Shown: positions 1-9,337 of the stretch, piece after piece
Layout of the letters: every line of letters begins with the position of its first letter
Position numbering within the stretch: position 1 is the first letter of the stretch
Origin: Methanosarcina sp. UBA5
Lineage (GTDB): Archaea; Halobacteriota; Methanosarcinia; Methanosarcinales; Methanosarcinaceae
NCBI RefSeq assembly: GCF_002505485.1
Contig: NZ_DAVG01000099.1
Location: 7,561-71,560 of the forward strand
DNA: 64,000 bases
Direction of reading: 5' to 3'
Notes under the pieces: model-generated
What the model was told of the DNA's origin: nothing
What the model saw: only the letters and a program-made list of their open reading frames with translations
Database searches by the model: none
Translations under genes and position numbers: made by a program

Positions 1-256
1 GCTTTAATTCTTCAATCGCCTTGATAATATTTTTTCCGGTTCCGAGATAGTAATCCGGGTTCAGGGTTGAGATGTACTTTCCGTTGTCTACAAGTGGAAT
101 TAAGGCCAGAGTGCCGGTTTTCGGAGGTTTGATTCTCTTCAGGAGTTCAGTCGTATCCTTCCATTCATCTCCGTGAAGGCCTGCAACGAAGAGCCGAACT
201 GGTCTTCCGCAGCCGTAAACTTTCATCACGAAATCTGGACATGAATCTTGTCTCAT
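1..256 (-). CDS. conserved hypothetical protein, C-terminus beyond window edge (MRQDSCPDFVMKVYGCGRPVRLFVAGLHGDEW...; HxxE metallohydrolase-like motif)
   Basis: Manual reverse translation from the ATG (complement of 254-256) stays open to position 1. It is absent from the ORF track because it runs off the window. Family not recognised with certainty. Confidence 0.5.
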   Translation of the reverse strand, partial: MRQDSCPDFVMKVYGCGRPVRLFVAGLHGDEWKDTTELLKRIKPPKTGTLALIPLVDNGKYISTLNPDYYLGTGKNIIKAIEELK

Positions 257-327
257 TTCTGTACTTTCGTGCTTGCCGGAAAAAGAATCTTCGAAACTTT
301 CTTTTCCGTTTGAGTTTCCTTTTCCTT

Positions 328-416
328 TAGAATTCTCTATTGTTTCAGAATTCTCAATTCTATCAGAATTCCCTATTCCATCAGAATTCTCTCTTCTGTC
401 AGTATTCATCTGTTTC
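328..416. repeat. about 18-bp degenerate tandem repeat x5 (tcagaattctcNattcNN)
   Basis: Units read directly at 328-344, 345-362, 363-380, 381-398 and 399-416. They lie between the stop of the methyltransferase gene and the start of the partial gene at 256. Confidence 0.7.
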
Positions 417-422
417 GAGGCC

Positions 423-1133
423 TCAGAACTCCTTTTCTTCGGGCTGATCTTCTGTGAGCGGCTCATTCTCCTCGGGCAGGGGCTTTCTTGCGACCACATA
501 AATTTCCTGTTTTTTGGGATTGATGACCTGCTGAATTTCAAGCCCAAGGTTCTCGATTTTACTCAGGATGGGCTTTGGGTTCTTCTTTTTCGGGATTTTG
601 ATAACCTGCAGCAGCTTTCCCCCGGCTTTCAGCAGAGGCAGCACTCTCGAAAGCGCCTTGATTGAGTCCTCAGGTTCCAGAGTCATATCCGAAAGAATGA
701 CGTCTACGGGCTCTTCTGAGAGCAAATTCAGGGGTACCGTGAAGACATCTCCGAACATTATCTCAACGTTTTCCTTTTCGTATGCAATTTTTCCAAGTTC
801 GCTCCTGAAGTCCTTGCTAAATTCCATGCCTTTTACATGGCCTGCAATTTCTGAGGCAAAGAGAAGAAAGCCGCCTGCGCTGGATCCAAGGTCAAGCACT
901 TTATCTCCAGGTTTAAGAATCCCGCTTTCCTCCTGAATAAGCTTGAGTTTGAAATAGCCCTGAGGCTGGTCCAGGCCCTCAGTAACTTCGATTATATCAT
1001 CAGTAGACACGTCTCTGGAAGCCTTTTTTACCGCCGTGCCGTTTACCTTAACATTTCCGGCAAGGATAGCCGTCTTGGCTCGCCCCCTTGATTTGAAATG
1101 TCCCATATCTACAAGGTATGCATCCAGTCTCAT
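423..1133 (-). CDS. S4-domain plus FtsJ/TlyA-like SAM-dependent RNA methyltransferase
   Basis: 236-aa ORF with an N-terminal S4-like MRLDAYLV...SRGRAKTAILAGNVKVNG and a SAM motif VLDLGSSAGGF. The architecture resembles TlyA/FtsJ. Confidence 0.8.
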   Translation of the reverse strand: MRLDAYLVDMGHFKSRGRAKTAILAGNVKVNGTAVKKASRDVSTDDIIEVTEGLDQPQGYFKLKLIQEESGILKPGDKVLDLGSSAGGFLLFASEIAGHVKGMEFSKDFRSELGKIAYEKENVEIMFGDVFTVPLNLLSEEPVDVILSDMTLEPEDSIKALSRVLPLLKAGGKLLQVIKIPKKKNPKPILSKIENLGLEIQQVINPKKQEIYVVARKPLPEENEPLTEDQPEEKEF

Positions 1134-1502
1134 GGGGCATTGTATCGGCAGAGCCTGTATATATAGATAGTATTATAGATAGCAAGTCGGTGAGTGTTAT
1201 AGATAGCACAAGTTGATGAGTGTTGAATATTCTATTCTGGAAAATCCTGGCAATTGTTCTAATTTTAAGAATGCAAAAGTCATTTTTCCTGTATTAACAG
1301 CTCTCAGAGTAGCACATTGAAAGCTGGAATCAGACAGTAGTTTTAGTTTAACTTTGGGAGTGCGGAGGCACAGCGGGAAGTCCCCTTCCTCGGAGCGAAG
1401 CGACAGGTGGGGAATGAAAGCGCAGCCTCGCACAGTAGTAAATATAACTTCTAAACTTAATTAATCTATTTTTAGCGAAATCTATTTATCTCTTTAAAAC
1501 CT

Positions 1503-2637
1503 ATGGTGTGTAGTATGTTAAAAGCCTATAAGTATCGAATCTACCCAGATAATGATCAAGAAGAATTTATAAAAGTTCATTTTGGTGCGTGTAGATTCGT
1601 CTATAATTGGGCTTTAGAACAGAAAATAAAAACTTATGAGCAAAGTAAGAAATCAATATCAAGGCTTGACTTACAAAAAATATTAGTTCATGAAGTAAAA
1701 CCTTCTAACGAATGGCTAAAAAAGGCTAATTCTCAAGCGTTATTGGCATCCTTAGTAAATGTTGAATCAGCATTTACAAAATTCTTTAGAGAAAAAACAG
1801 GATTTCCTAAGTTCAAATCTAAGAAAAATCCAGTACAATCTTATCAGATGCCACAACATACAACATTATACTGTAGATTTTAATAGAAACGTTATCAAAC
1901 TTCCTAAGATCGTTGAAGTTAAAGCAGTTCTTCATAGACAGTTTGAAGGTACTATGAAAACTGCAACCATTTCAAGATCAAGTACCGGAAAGTACTTCAT
2001 ATCTATTCTAGTGGATGATGGAAAAGAACTTCCTGCAAAACAAAAGGTTTCAGAATCAACTGCCATAGGGATAGATGTAGGAATCAAAGATTTTGCAATT
2101 CTTTCTACAGGAGAAAAGGTTGAGAATCCTAAGTACCTTAAAAACTCTCTTAAAAGAATGAAATGCCTTCAAAAAAGAGTAAGTAGAAAAGATAAAGGTT
2201 CTAAAAATCGAGATAAAGCAAGACTACTACTTTCAAAAATCCATGAAAAAATAAGTAATCAGAGAAATGATTTCCAACACCAACTCTCTTCTAAACTTAT
2301 CCGCGAGAACCAAGCTATTGCGCTGGAAACTCTGAATGTAAAAGGTATGGTAAAAAACCACTGTCTAGCACAATCAATCGAAGATGCTGGGTGGTCAAGC
2401 TTTGTAACAAAGTTAGAATACAAAGCTGAATGGGCAGGTAAAACTATCTTAAGGATAGGACGGTTTGAGTCTTCTTCTAAAATATGCAATGTTTGTGGAT
2501 ACCACAATGGTAATCTAACCTTGAAAGATAGAGAATGGATCTGCCCGGATTGCAAAACAAAGCATGATAGAGACATCAATGCTGCAATTAATATCAAGAA
2601 GTTCTCTCTTCAAGATCAAAATCTTATAGTAATCTGA
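1503..2637 (+). pseudogene. tnpB: TnpB (OrfB) RNA-guided endonuclease, frameshifted by a 7-bp tandem duplication
   Basis: ORFs 1503-1883 and 1759-2637 are two halves of one TnpB. RuvC residues are intact (IGIDVG, ALETLN, HDRDINAAINI), as is the zinc finger CNVCG...CPDC. Removing one acaacat copy (1853-1859 or 1860-1866) restores ...MPQHYTVDFNRN... Confidence 0.9.
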
Positions 2638-2745
2638 CACCTACGGAACGTAGGGGATGGGCTTGTGGACTTGTGAACAATAGTTCGAGGGATGAAGCAA
2701 GAAACCCCTTCCTCGCCATCAGGCAGGGGGGTAGTTCACTGTTCA
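2560..2745 (+). ncRNA. candidate TnpB-associated omega/reRNA region (3' end of tnpB plus right end)
   Basis: Position is by analogy with characterised TnpB systems. Local hairpins are cctacg-gaa-cgtagg (2640-2654) and ccccttcct...agg..gggggg (2705-2731). There is no direct evidence of transcription. Confidence 0.3.
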
Positions 2746-3156
2746 AACTGAGGACTATTTTATGTCCTGACTCGATGATGAACAGGTAAAAATCTTATAC
2801 CCAGTACAACTTGTCATCTATGTGTTTGATCATATACAAGGTTCAAGAGCAGAGCGCGTACAGAGCTTCGAAATTATTTACAGTTTTATTATCTATCGTA
2901 AAGAAATAGATATACTTTTAAACAACTATTTTTTTATTTATTTTGTAATTGAGACTTATATTCATTTATCTGTTTCAATACAAGGTATTTTTCAAACAAG
3001 GTATTTCTAACAAATCAAGCTTGTATATACAGTGCTGTTTATAACTCATATTATGTGTACAGTTTACTTTATTGAACTTACTTAACTAACCTCTACTGCT
3101 TATGCTTCAGGCACGTGGCTTCATCCTGCAAATCTGGTGAGATAGTGTATCAAAAA

Positions 3157-4125
3157 ATGCTTCAAAAATTTACATCGTTGTTTCCCCTCTGGGCAGTTAT
3201 CTTATCGGCTGTCGCATATGTTTATCCTGAATACTTTGCTCCCCATCAGGTACTTATCGTACCTTTTCTAAGCCTGATTATGCTTGGGATGGGGGTAACC
3301 CTCTCAGTGGACAATTTCCTTGCAGTGTTGAAAAAACCGTCAGTGGTTATTCTGGGAACTTTAATGAAGTACACCATTATGCCACTTTCAGCATGGGTAG
3401 TGTGTTATGTTCTAAAACTGCCTGCCGATCTTATGACAGGTGTTATCCTGCTGGGCTGCTGTCCAGGCGGCACGGCTTCCAATGTGATCTGCTATCTTGC
3501 AAAAGGGGATGTGGCTCTTTCAATAGTCCTTACTTCGGTCTCTACCTTACTGGCTTTTCTGGCAACGCCTTTCCTTACCTGGGTTTTTATAGGTCAAACC
3601 GTGGAGGTCGATGTCATGGGCATGCTTGTAAGTGTTGTAAACGTAGTAGTTGTGCCTGTAGTGCTGGGACTTGCAATCAACTATTTCTTTGGGAAACAGA
3701 TAAATGCTGTCAGAGAGATCTTTCCTGCAATTTCAGCCGCTGCTATAGTGATTATTATTGCTGTGATTATAGGGACAAATAGCGCTAACCTTGAACAGAG
3801 CGGCCCGCTGGTACTGCTTGCAGTGATCCTGCATAATGGGCTTGGGCTTGCAGGTGGCTACTGGGTTTCAAAGGCTATGAAACTCAGTGAAATCGAAGCA
3901 AGGACCATTGCAATTGATACAGGCATGCAGAACTCCGGCCTGAGTGTTGCCCTTGCGATAAAACACTTTACGGCTGTGGCCGCGCTTCCGGGTGCGATTT
4001 TTAGCATATGGCACAACCTGTCCGGAGCTTTCCTTGCAGGGCACTGGTCAAAACAAAGTGTATCCGATCCCGATAAAAGTAAGATGCCTTCCAAAAAAGG
4101 CATTCATAGTAAGAAATTGGGGTGA
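3157..4125 (+). CDS. bile acid:sodium symporter (BASS) family transporter
   Basis: Polytopic membrane ORF with typical BASS sequence (LGCCPGGTASNV, DTGMQNSGL). ATG 3157 is preferred over the GTG at 3115 used by the ORF track. Confidence 0.85.
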   Translation: MLQKFTSLFPLWAVILSAVAYVYPEYFAPHQVLIVPFLSLIMLGMGVTLSVDNFLAVLKKPSVVILGTLMKYTIMPLSAWVVCYVLKLPADLMTGVILLGCCPGGTASNVICYLAKGDVALSIVLTSVSTLLAFLATPFLTWVFIGQTVEVDVMGMLVSVVNVVVVPVVLGLAINYFFGKQINAVREIFPAISAAAIVIIIAVIIGTNSANLEQSGPLVLLAVILHNGLGLAGGYWVSKAMKLSEIEARTIAIDTGMQNSGLSVALAIKHFTAVAALPGAIFSIWHNLSGAFLAGHWSKQSVSDPDKSKMPSKKGIHSKKLG

Positions 4126-4759
4126 AATCTGGAGATTTCACAAAAAAGAGGTTGGGAAGCAGGATAAATCCGGTGATCTCGCATAAGTTTCCCGGATTTT
4201 TCCTGTATTCATCTAATTTTCTTATCTTTATCGATTTCCATAATTTCTTCTCTTTCTCTTCATAATTTTTTTCTCTGCCAGTCTATCATATTTAACAATT
4301 TTGCATTATATTTATCAATTTTGCATTTCTGAAATTTCGTTTTTCGGCCTTTCAGCTTTCCAGGTCACTAAATATGTAAAAGTTTCAAATTTTGGAAGTA
4401 AGTTTACTTTTTGTTTCCTACTCAGTTCCAAGCCAGTTGAATGTAATATTAAAAATCACTATCTTTGAAACTATGGCTAGTTTTAGTATAAGTAGTTTAA
4501 AATAATTACGGGAATAATTATGTTATATAACGGGAGCAATAGGGCTTGTGGATGTGTTGCGGTATAGCGAGCTTACAGTCAAAAAGTAGTGTTATCTAAG
4601 CAGGAATTTTGTAGTTAACTTGATCACAACTTCTATTCAGTGTGATTTTGTACTCCAAATATGTATTCTATACTGCAAAATTAAGGATTCATACAAAGTT
4701 CAAATAAGCGTTTTTGCAGCTGTACTGTAAGGATTAAAATCTATAGGAGTTGAGGGGAA

Positions 4760-6844
4760 ATGGAGAAGGAGGGAGTAATATGTCTGTTCGCTTTTGGCAT
4801 CGTACTGGTTAACGCTCTAACCCTTGTAGTTTTTGGTTTTTCCGAAACCTCGATGAGTAATATAAGCACTTCGGAAAAGGAAAAAGCTTTCGACCCCGGA
4901 AGCATGAATCTCTCAGTAAAACCTGGAGACGACTTCTATGAGTATGCTGAGGGAGCCTGGATAAAAAACCACCCTGTGCCCCCGGACAAAACCCGATATG
5001 GAGAGTTTGCCATAGTAGAGGATAGGACTTATGACCGTGTCAAAAGAATAGTGGAGAGTGCAGCCAGTAACACCTCTGCTCCTGAGGGAAGCCTTGAGCA
5101 GAAGATCGGCAAGTTCTACAGCGTGGGAATGGATAATGCCACCATAGAAAAGCAGCGTCTTGACCCAATCAAAGACGAGATGAAGTTGATAGACAACATT
5201 TCCAATGCCTCCGATCTCCAGGCAGTCTCAACACAAATGATGGAGTATGGCATAAATCCCTTCTTCTCAATTTATGCTGCGCCCGACAAAAAGAACAGTA
5301 AAATCATGATTGCTACCCTTACTCAGGGAGGGCTAGGCCTTCCGGATAGAGATTTCTATTTCAGGCAGGACAATGAATCTATCAAAATTAGAGAACAGTA
5401 TTTGACTCACATTACCAGGATGTTCGTCTTCCTCGGCGATAGCTCAGAGATCGCTGAGAATAATGCCAGGACTGTAATGAGGATAGAAACCAGGCTGGCC
5501 AATGCATCCTTTACTAACGTGGACAACAACGATGAAGTCAAAACGTATAACAAGATGAGCCTTAAGGAGCTTCAGGCCTTTGCCCCAGGCATTAACTGGT
5601 ATTGCCTCTTTGACACTCTGGGTCGTCCGGACGTAGACGAGGTCAACGTTAGAAATCCTTCCTTCTTCAAGGAACTAAGCATTGTCCTTCAGGACGAGAG
5701 CATAGCTGATTGGAAGACCTTCCTGCGCTGGAAGCTGATTTTAGGGACCTCTCCTTATCTCAGCTCTGATGTAGAAGAGGAACACTTTGATTTTTATACG
5801 AAAAAACTCAATGGTCAGCAGGAAATGAAGCCCCGCTGGAAAAGGGTTATTGAAGCGGAAAACGAGGCCATAGGTGAGGCCGTAGGCCGTGTCTATGTGG
5901 ATAGATATTTTGATCAATGTTCCAGAGCCAGGATGCAGGAGATGGCATTCAACCTGAAAAAGGCCTTCCGGATGAGAATTCAAAACCTTACATGGATGGA
6001 GCCTGAAACCAGGAAAGAAGCCCTCAAAAAGCTTGAAGCTCTGGATGTACAGGTAGGCTATCCCGATGAATGGCTGAACTATTCGGAACTTGAGATTAAG
6101 AACGATTCATATGTCATGAATGTCCTCAGGGCCTCTAAATTCAAGTTCCATCACGGTCCAAGCGGTCTGGACGGAATAGGCCAACCTGTGAATCGTAAGC
6201 TGTGGGAAATGAATCCACAGGAGATTAACGCCTATGCAGATTACAATAAAATAATCATAGTCTTTCCGGCAGGCATTCTTCAGCCTCCTTTCTTCAATAA
6301 GGATGCTGATGAAGCTGCCAACTATGGTGCCATAGGTGCTATTATAGGACACGAGATGACTCATCACTTCGATAGTCAGGGAAGGAAGTTCGATGCAAGT
6401 GGAAATTTGACGGATTGGTGGACGCCAGAGGACGCCGATAGCTTCAACAAGAGCACTGAGGTTCTGGTGGACGAGTACAGCAGGTTCGAGGTCCTGCCCG
6501 GCTTAAACGTCAACGGCAACCTGACCCTGCCGGAGAACGTAGCAGACCTGGGCGGATTGACCATAGCCTATCACGCCTATAAGCTCTCATTGAAGAAGGA
6601 GCCGGAGATGATCGATGGATTCACTGGAGATCAGAGATTCTTCTTAAGCTTCACCCAGGTATGGAGGGAATCGGACACAAATGAATCCCTGAGGACGCTG
6701 ACATTGACTGATACCCACTCGCCAGCCAGGTTCAGGGTCAGTGGTGTGGTCTTCAACGTGCCTGAGTTTTACAGGGCATTTCCTGACGTGAATCCCTCAG
6801 ATAAACTCTACATACCAGAAAGTGAAAGGCCGGTGATCTGGTAA
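4760..6844 (+). CDS. M13 family zinc metallopeptidase (neprilysin/PepO-like) with N-terminal membrane anchor
   Basis: 694 aa with HEMTHHFD (HExxH), NAYADYN...FPAGILQPPFF and the C-terminal ENVADLGG motif typical of M13. The purine-rich ggagttgagggg precedes the ATG. Confidence 0.9.
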   Translation: MEKEGVICLFAFGIVLVNALTLVVFGFSETSMSNISTSEKEKAFDPGSMNLSVKPGDDFYEYAEGAWIKNHPVPPDKTRYGEFAIVEDRTYDRVKRIVESAASNTSAPEGSLEQKIGKFYSVGMDNATIEKQRLDPIKDEMKLIDNISNASDLQAVSTQMMEYGINPFFSIYAAPDKKNSKIMIATLTQGGLGLPDRDFYFRQDNESIKIREQYLTHITRMFVFLGDSSEIAENNARTVMRIETRLANASFTNVDNNDEVKTYNKMSLKELQAFAPGINWYCLFDTLGRPDVDEVNVRNPSFFKELSIVLQDESIADWKTFLRWKLILGTSPYLSSDVEEEHFDFYTKKLNGQQEMKPRWKRVIEAENEAIGEAVGRVYVDRYFDQCSRARMQEMAFNLKKAFRMRIQNLTWMEPETRKEALKKLEALDVQVGYPDEWLNYSELEIKNDSYVMNVLRASKFKFHHGPSGLDGIGQPVNRKLWEMNPQEINAYADYNKIIIVFPAGILQPPFFNKDADEAANYGAIGAIIGHEMTHHFDSQGRKFDASGNLTDWWTPEDADSFNKSTEVLVDEYSRFEVLPGLNVNGNLTLPENVADLGGLTIAYHAYKLSLKKEPEMIDGFTGDQRFFLSFTQVWRESDTNESLRTLTLTDTHSPARFRVSGVVFNVPEFYRAFPDVNPSDKLYIPESERPVIW

Positions 6845-6868
6845 AGTGATCACCGGAAGCCCTTTTTT
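6830..6868 (+). terminator. hairpin plus T6 tract at the 3' end of the M13 peptidase gene
   Basis: ccggtgatc (6830-6838) pairs with gatcaccgg (6848-6856) and is followed by tttttt (6863-6868). The hairpin overlaps the stop codon. Confidence 0.45.
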
Positions 6869-7056
6869 ACCAGTGGAGGCATGAACTGGAGCACCTATGA
6901 AAAAGTCTTGAACCCTAAAGGATAATATTTACTGTCAGCCTTATTCTGCTTTGAGATTATCAAATGAGCCGAAAAGGAGCCGGCAAAAGATAGGATGACC
7001 GGTCATCCGGGATAAGTTCGAGATTCTTTCGTGTTTTTAGTTTTCAGAGCATGTTT

Positions 7057-7593
7057 TTATCTTTGGAATTTGTTTTGTCCAAATCTTTTTACTAACCAGT
7101 GTATAGTCAGAACGACTATTACCCCCATCCCCAAAATTTCAGGAATGGAAGAGAGTGAAAAATTGAATTCAAAGGAATTTTCTAACATTTTTGTTAAATA
7201 TTCTATTCCAGTGAGATCGGTATGATCTCTGGGAAAACGTAATCCTAGCAGAGGCCAAAATAAAGTTTTAGGACTTGCCCACATCTGATCTTCCATAAGA
7301 TGGAAGAAAGAGCCTATAGAAAGAGAAATAATCCTGAGATCTCCTCTTTTTTTGTACAAATATAAACCTATCAGAGAAAAAATGAGAGAGAACAATAGAG
7401 TATGACCTATAATGCGTCCGTTTTCAAGGGTAGAAGCAAAGATAACTCTTCCTAGAGGTTTGTCTACTAAGTCAGGCAGAAGGGCTCCAATAACCAGGTA
7501 CTTAGGATCTATAGTAGTCCTTAGTCGAGGTATAAAAATTCCAAGTACAAAAAATACTCCCAACGTGACGCCAAGATGTCCAAAAAGTAGCAT
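7057..7593 (-). CDS. membrane-bound metal-dependent hydrolase (DUF457/YdjM-like)
   Basis: 178-aa hydrophobic ORF starting MLLFGHLGVTLG, with conserved His/Asp positions (PDLVDKPLG, GHTLLFS, FFHLMED). Confidence 0.65.
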   Translation of the reverse strand: MLLFGHLGVTLGVFFVLGIFIPRLRTTIDPKYLVIGALLPDLVDKPLGRVIFASTLENGRIIGHTLLFSLIFSLIGLYLYKKRGDLRIISLSIGSFFHLMEDQMWASPKTLFWPLLGLRFPRDHTDLTGIEYLTKMLENSFEFNFSLSSIPEILGMGVIVVLTIHWLVKRFGQNKFQR

Positions 7594-7840
7594 CGTAAAT
7601 TAAAGATACCTCTATAATATATAAATATTGTTGGTTCCTGATAGAACCTCATCAAAATAGCGATGCTTTGTTTAAAATATTTCTTAGCTATGAACAATAT
7701 AATCGTCGTACCGAATTAATATAGCTGAAATAACAACCATCCAAATCAAAGTTGCGCTGGCGCACCCCGCTGCAAGCAACAGGATACATTCGCGCCACCG
7801 CTCCAAATCCATTAAAGGAGACAATAATCCTAAACAATTT

Positions 7841-8077
7841 ATTACATTGGGAGCGCAGGGGGTCACGAATATCCTGTCCTTTATGTCGGGGATGAAGTGA
7901 CCCCTCGCCTCTTTTTGGTTTCGTTTAAACCTCTGTACCGTTGCTTCTTTGTAAAGTGAGGTTTCTTGGTATCGTGGTTACAAGAGTGGGAATGCAACTC
8001 TATATTAGGGAAACTTTGTTAAAAATACTATGCTTTTCCCAAGAAACCGGGCGGGCGGCCCGAAGCATACCCCATCC
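7841..8077 (+). repeat. dispersed 237-bp repeat, copy A
   Basis: 228/237 identical to the reverse complement of 27315-27551 by manual alignment. Contains the hairpin ggggtcac (7859-7866) / gtgacccc (7897-7904). Confidence 0.9.
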
Positions 8078-8132
8078 ACGCAGCAAGCTAGCAAGCTAGG
8101 GGGTATTCGACTGAAATGAAATTTTGATAACA

Positions 8133-8315
8133 ATGGAGGAGGGCAAGAGCTTGAATTATACAGTCCTGATTGAACAGGATGAAAATTGCATATATATTGC
8201 AAAAGTTCCTGATATACCGGGGGTGTTACACTCAAGGAAAAATATTATACAGATCATGGGGCGCATAAAAGAGGCGATTCAGGTTTGCCTTGAAGCCGAG
8301 CAGGATTTCATGTGA
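8133..8315 (+). CDS. hicB: HicB-like (UPF0150) antitoxin-family small protein, no adjacent hicA
   Basis: MEEGKSLNYTVLIEQDENCIYIAKVPDIPGV...IKEAIQVCLEAE matches the HicB N-domain pattern (YtvlieqdedGgyiA.vPdlPGc...eEAl.nikEAie.yle). ATG 8133 is in frame with the TTG at 8124. Confidence 0.6.
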   Translation: MEEGKSLNYTVLIEQDENCIYIAKVPDIPGVLHSRKNIIQIMGRIKEAIQVCLEAEQDFM

Positions 8316-9216
8316 AATTTGTGAATAATTCAGGAAAAAAGTTTGACGTTTATATGGACTTAGATTTTTTGTCTCACGCATTTTGTTTATCCGAAAGACT
8401 CCTGTGCACTATGCTTCAATCAACCTTTTAAGGCAAAAACATTGCTGTCGTTAAAGATATTAAAATAGTTCTTAATTTACAATGTAAAGCTGTGGATATG
8501 TTTCAAATTCTGAGTCTTCGTTTTCTGGTCTTTCTGGATTGTCTTTAGTCCTTTTACAAAGCTAATATCAATTTCAAAGACAAGAAAATAAGGAAATGCT
8601 GGCACCTCATCACTTATGTACTAATTTAACATATGTTTACTAAAATATTTTAAAGTCGATAATTATTTATATGATACGCATAATCTAGCCATCCGCTATA
8701 TGATTAAAAGTTCAAACTCCGCTCTTCTTGCAGTCTACCGATGTTTTTCCTCCTTCTTTTTTGGGACTAGTTCCTGTCTTAACAGGTTTATTCACGCTTG
8801 TTTGTGGAGAAAAATGATTATTCTGGACTGAAAGTATTGAAGACAAACAGATTAAAAATTAAAAGTAAAAACGTTATACAATTCAATATCGATGAACGCA
8901 ATCTACTGAGTATAAATTCAAAAAACCGGTTGTTTACTGCTTAATACTTTCACTCTGCTATATTACTCTATTAATAAAAAGTCTGCATTTTGCTATATGT
9001 ATCGAAAAACGGAGCAGTATGAAATCCGAAAATTGTCATCTTTGGTAGGAGTGAAATCAACTTTAGGTAATTATCACTACTTATTTATAATAATGTATAG
9101 AATTAACTGTCTGAACAGACGGCTTGATAAGTAAATTTCAGCTTTAAGCTTTTCAAAAAAGTTTCTTAAAATTCATAAGTTCATATTATTTCTGGATTTC
9201 TTAGATATCTAACATT

Positions 9217-9275
9217 AAAAATCCAGACTTTACTCTAATCTAAAATCCAGACTTTGCTCTAACTTAAAATCCACA
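9217..9275. repeat. 24-bp direct repeat x2.4 upstream of uvrA (aaaatccagactttRctctaaYtt)
   Basis: Read directly. The units end about 60 nt before the uvrA ATG. Confidence 0.65.
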
Positions 9276-9337
9276 ATTATTCCGACCTTAAATTCTCATC
9301 TAATCGATTCAACTGGACAAAAACCGAGAGAAGGAAA

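Larger units (their letters stand above)
1330..2745 (+). mobile_element. IS200/IS605-family element, tnpB-only (IS1341-like); boundaries approximate
   Basis: tnpB is flanked by related GC-rich subterminal hairpins sharing the 11-mer ccccttcctcg (1382-1392 and 2705-2715). Both fold as ccccttcct-loop-agg-N-gggg. No tnpA is present. Confidence 0.55.

Noticed and set aside
273-936. ORFs 273-665 and 568-936 on the plus strand
   Set aside because: They are antisense to, or overlap, the well-supported methyltransferase gene and the 18-bp repeat tract. Their translations are low-complexity.
1197-1433. 78-aa minus-strand ORF upstream of tnpB
   Set aside because: It covers the GC-rich hairpin of the IS left end, and no coding signature was seen.
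3393-3782. 129-aa alternative-frame ORF inside the BASS transporter gene
   Set aside because: It is an Arg/Cys-rich out-of-frame translation of a gene with clear family motifs in the main frame.
7684-7866. 60-aa minus-strand ORF abutting repeat A
   Set aside because: Its start lies inside the repeat and it has no homology. It is a probable chance ORF in a locally GC-rich patch.
7841-8077. Repeat A/B as a diversity-generating retroelement TR/VR pair
   Set aside because: The 9 mismatches are mixed transitions and transversions, not adenine-specific. There is no reverse transcriptase nearby, and neither copy lies at the 3' end of a target gene.
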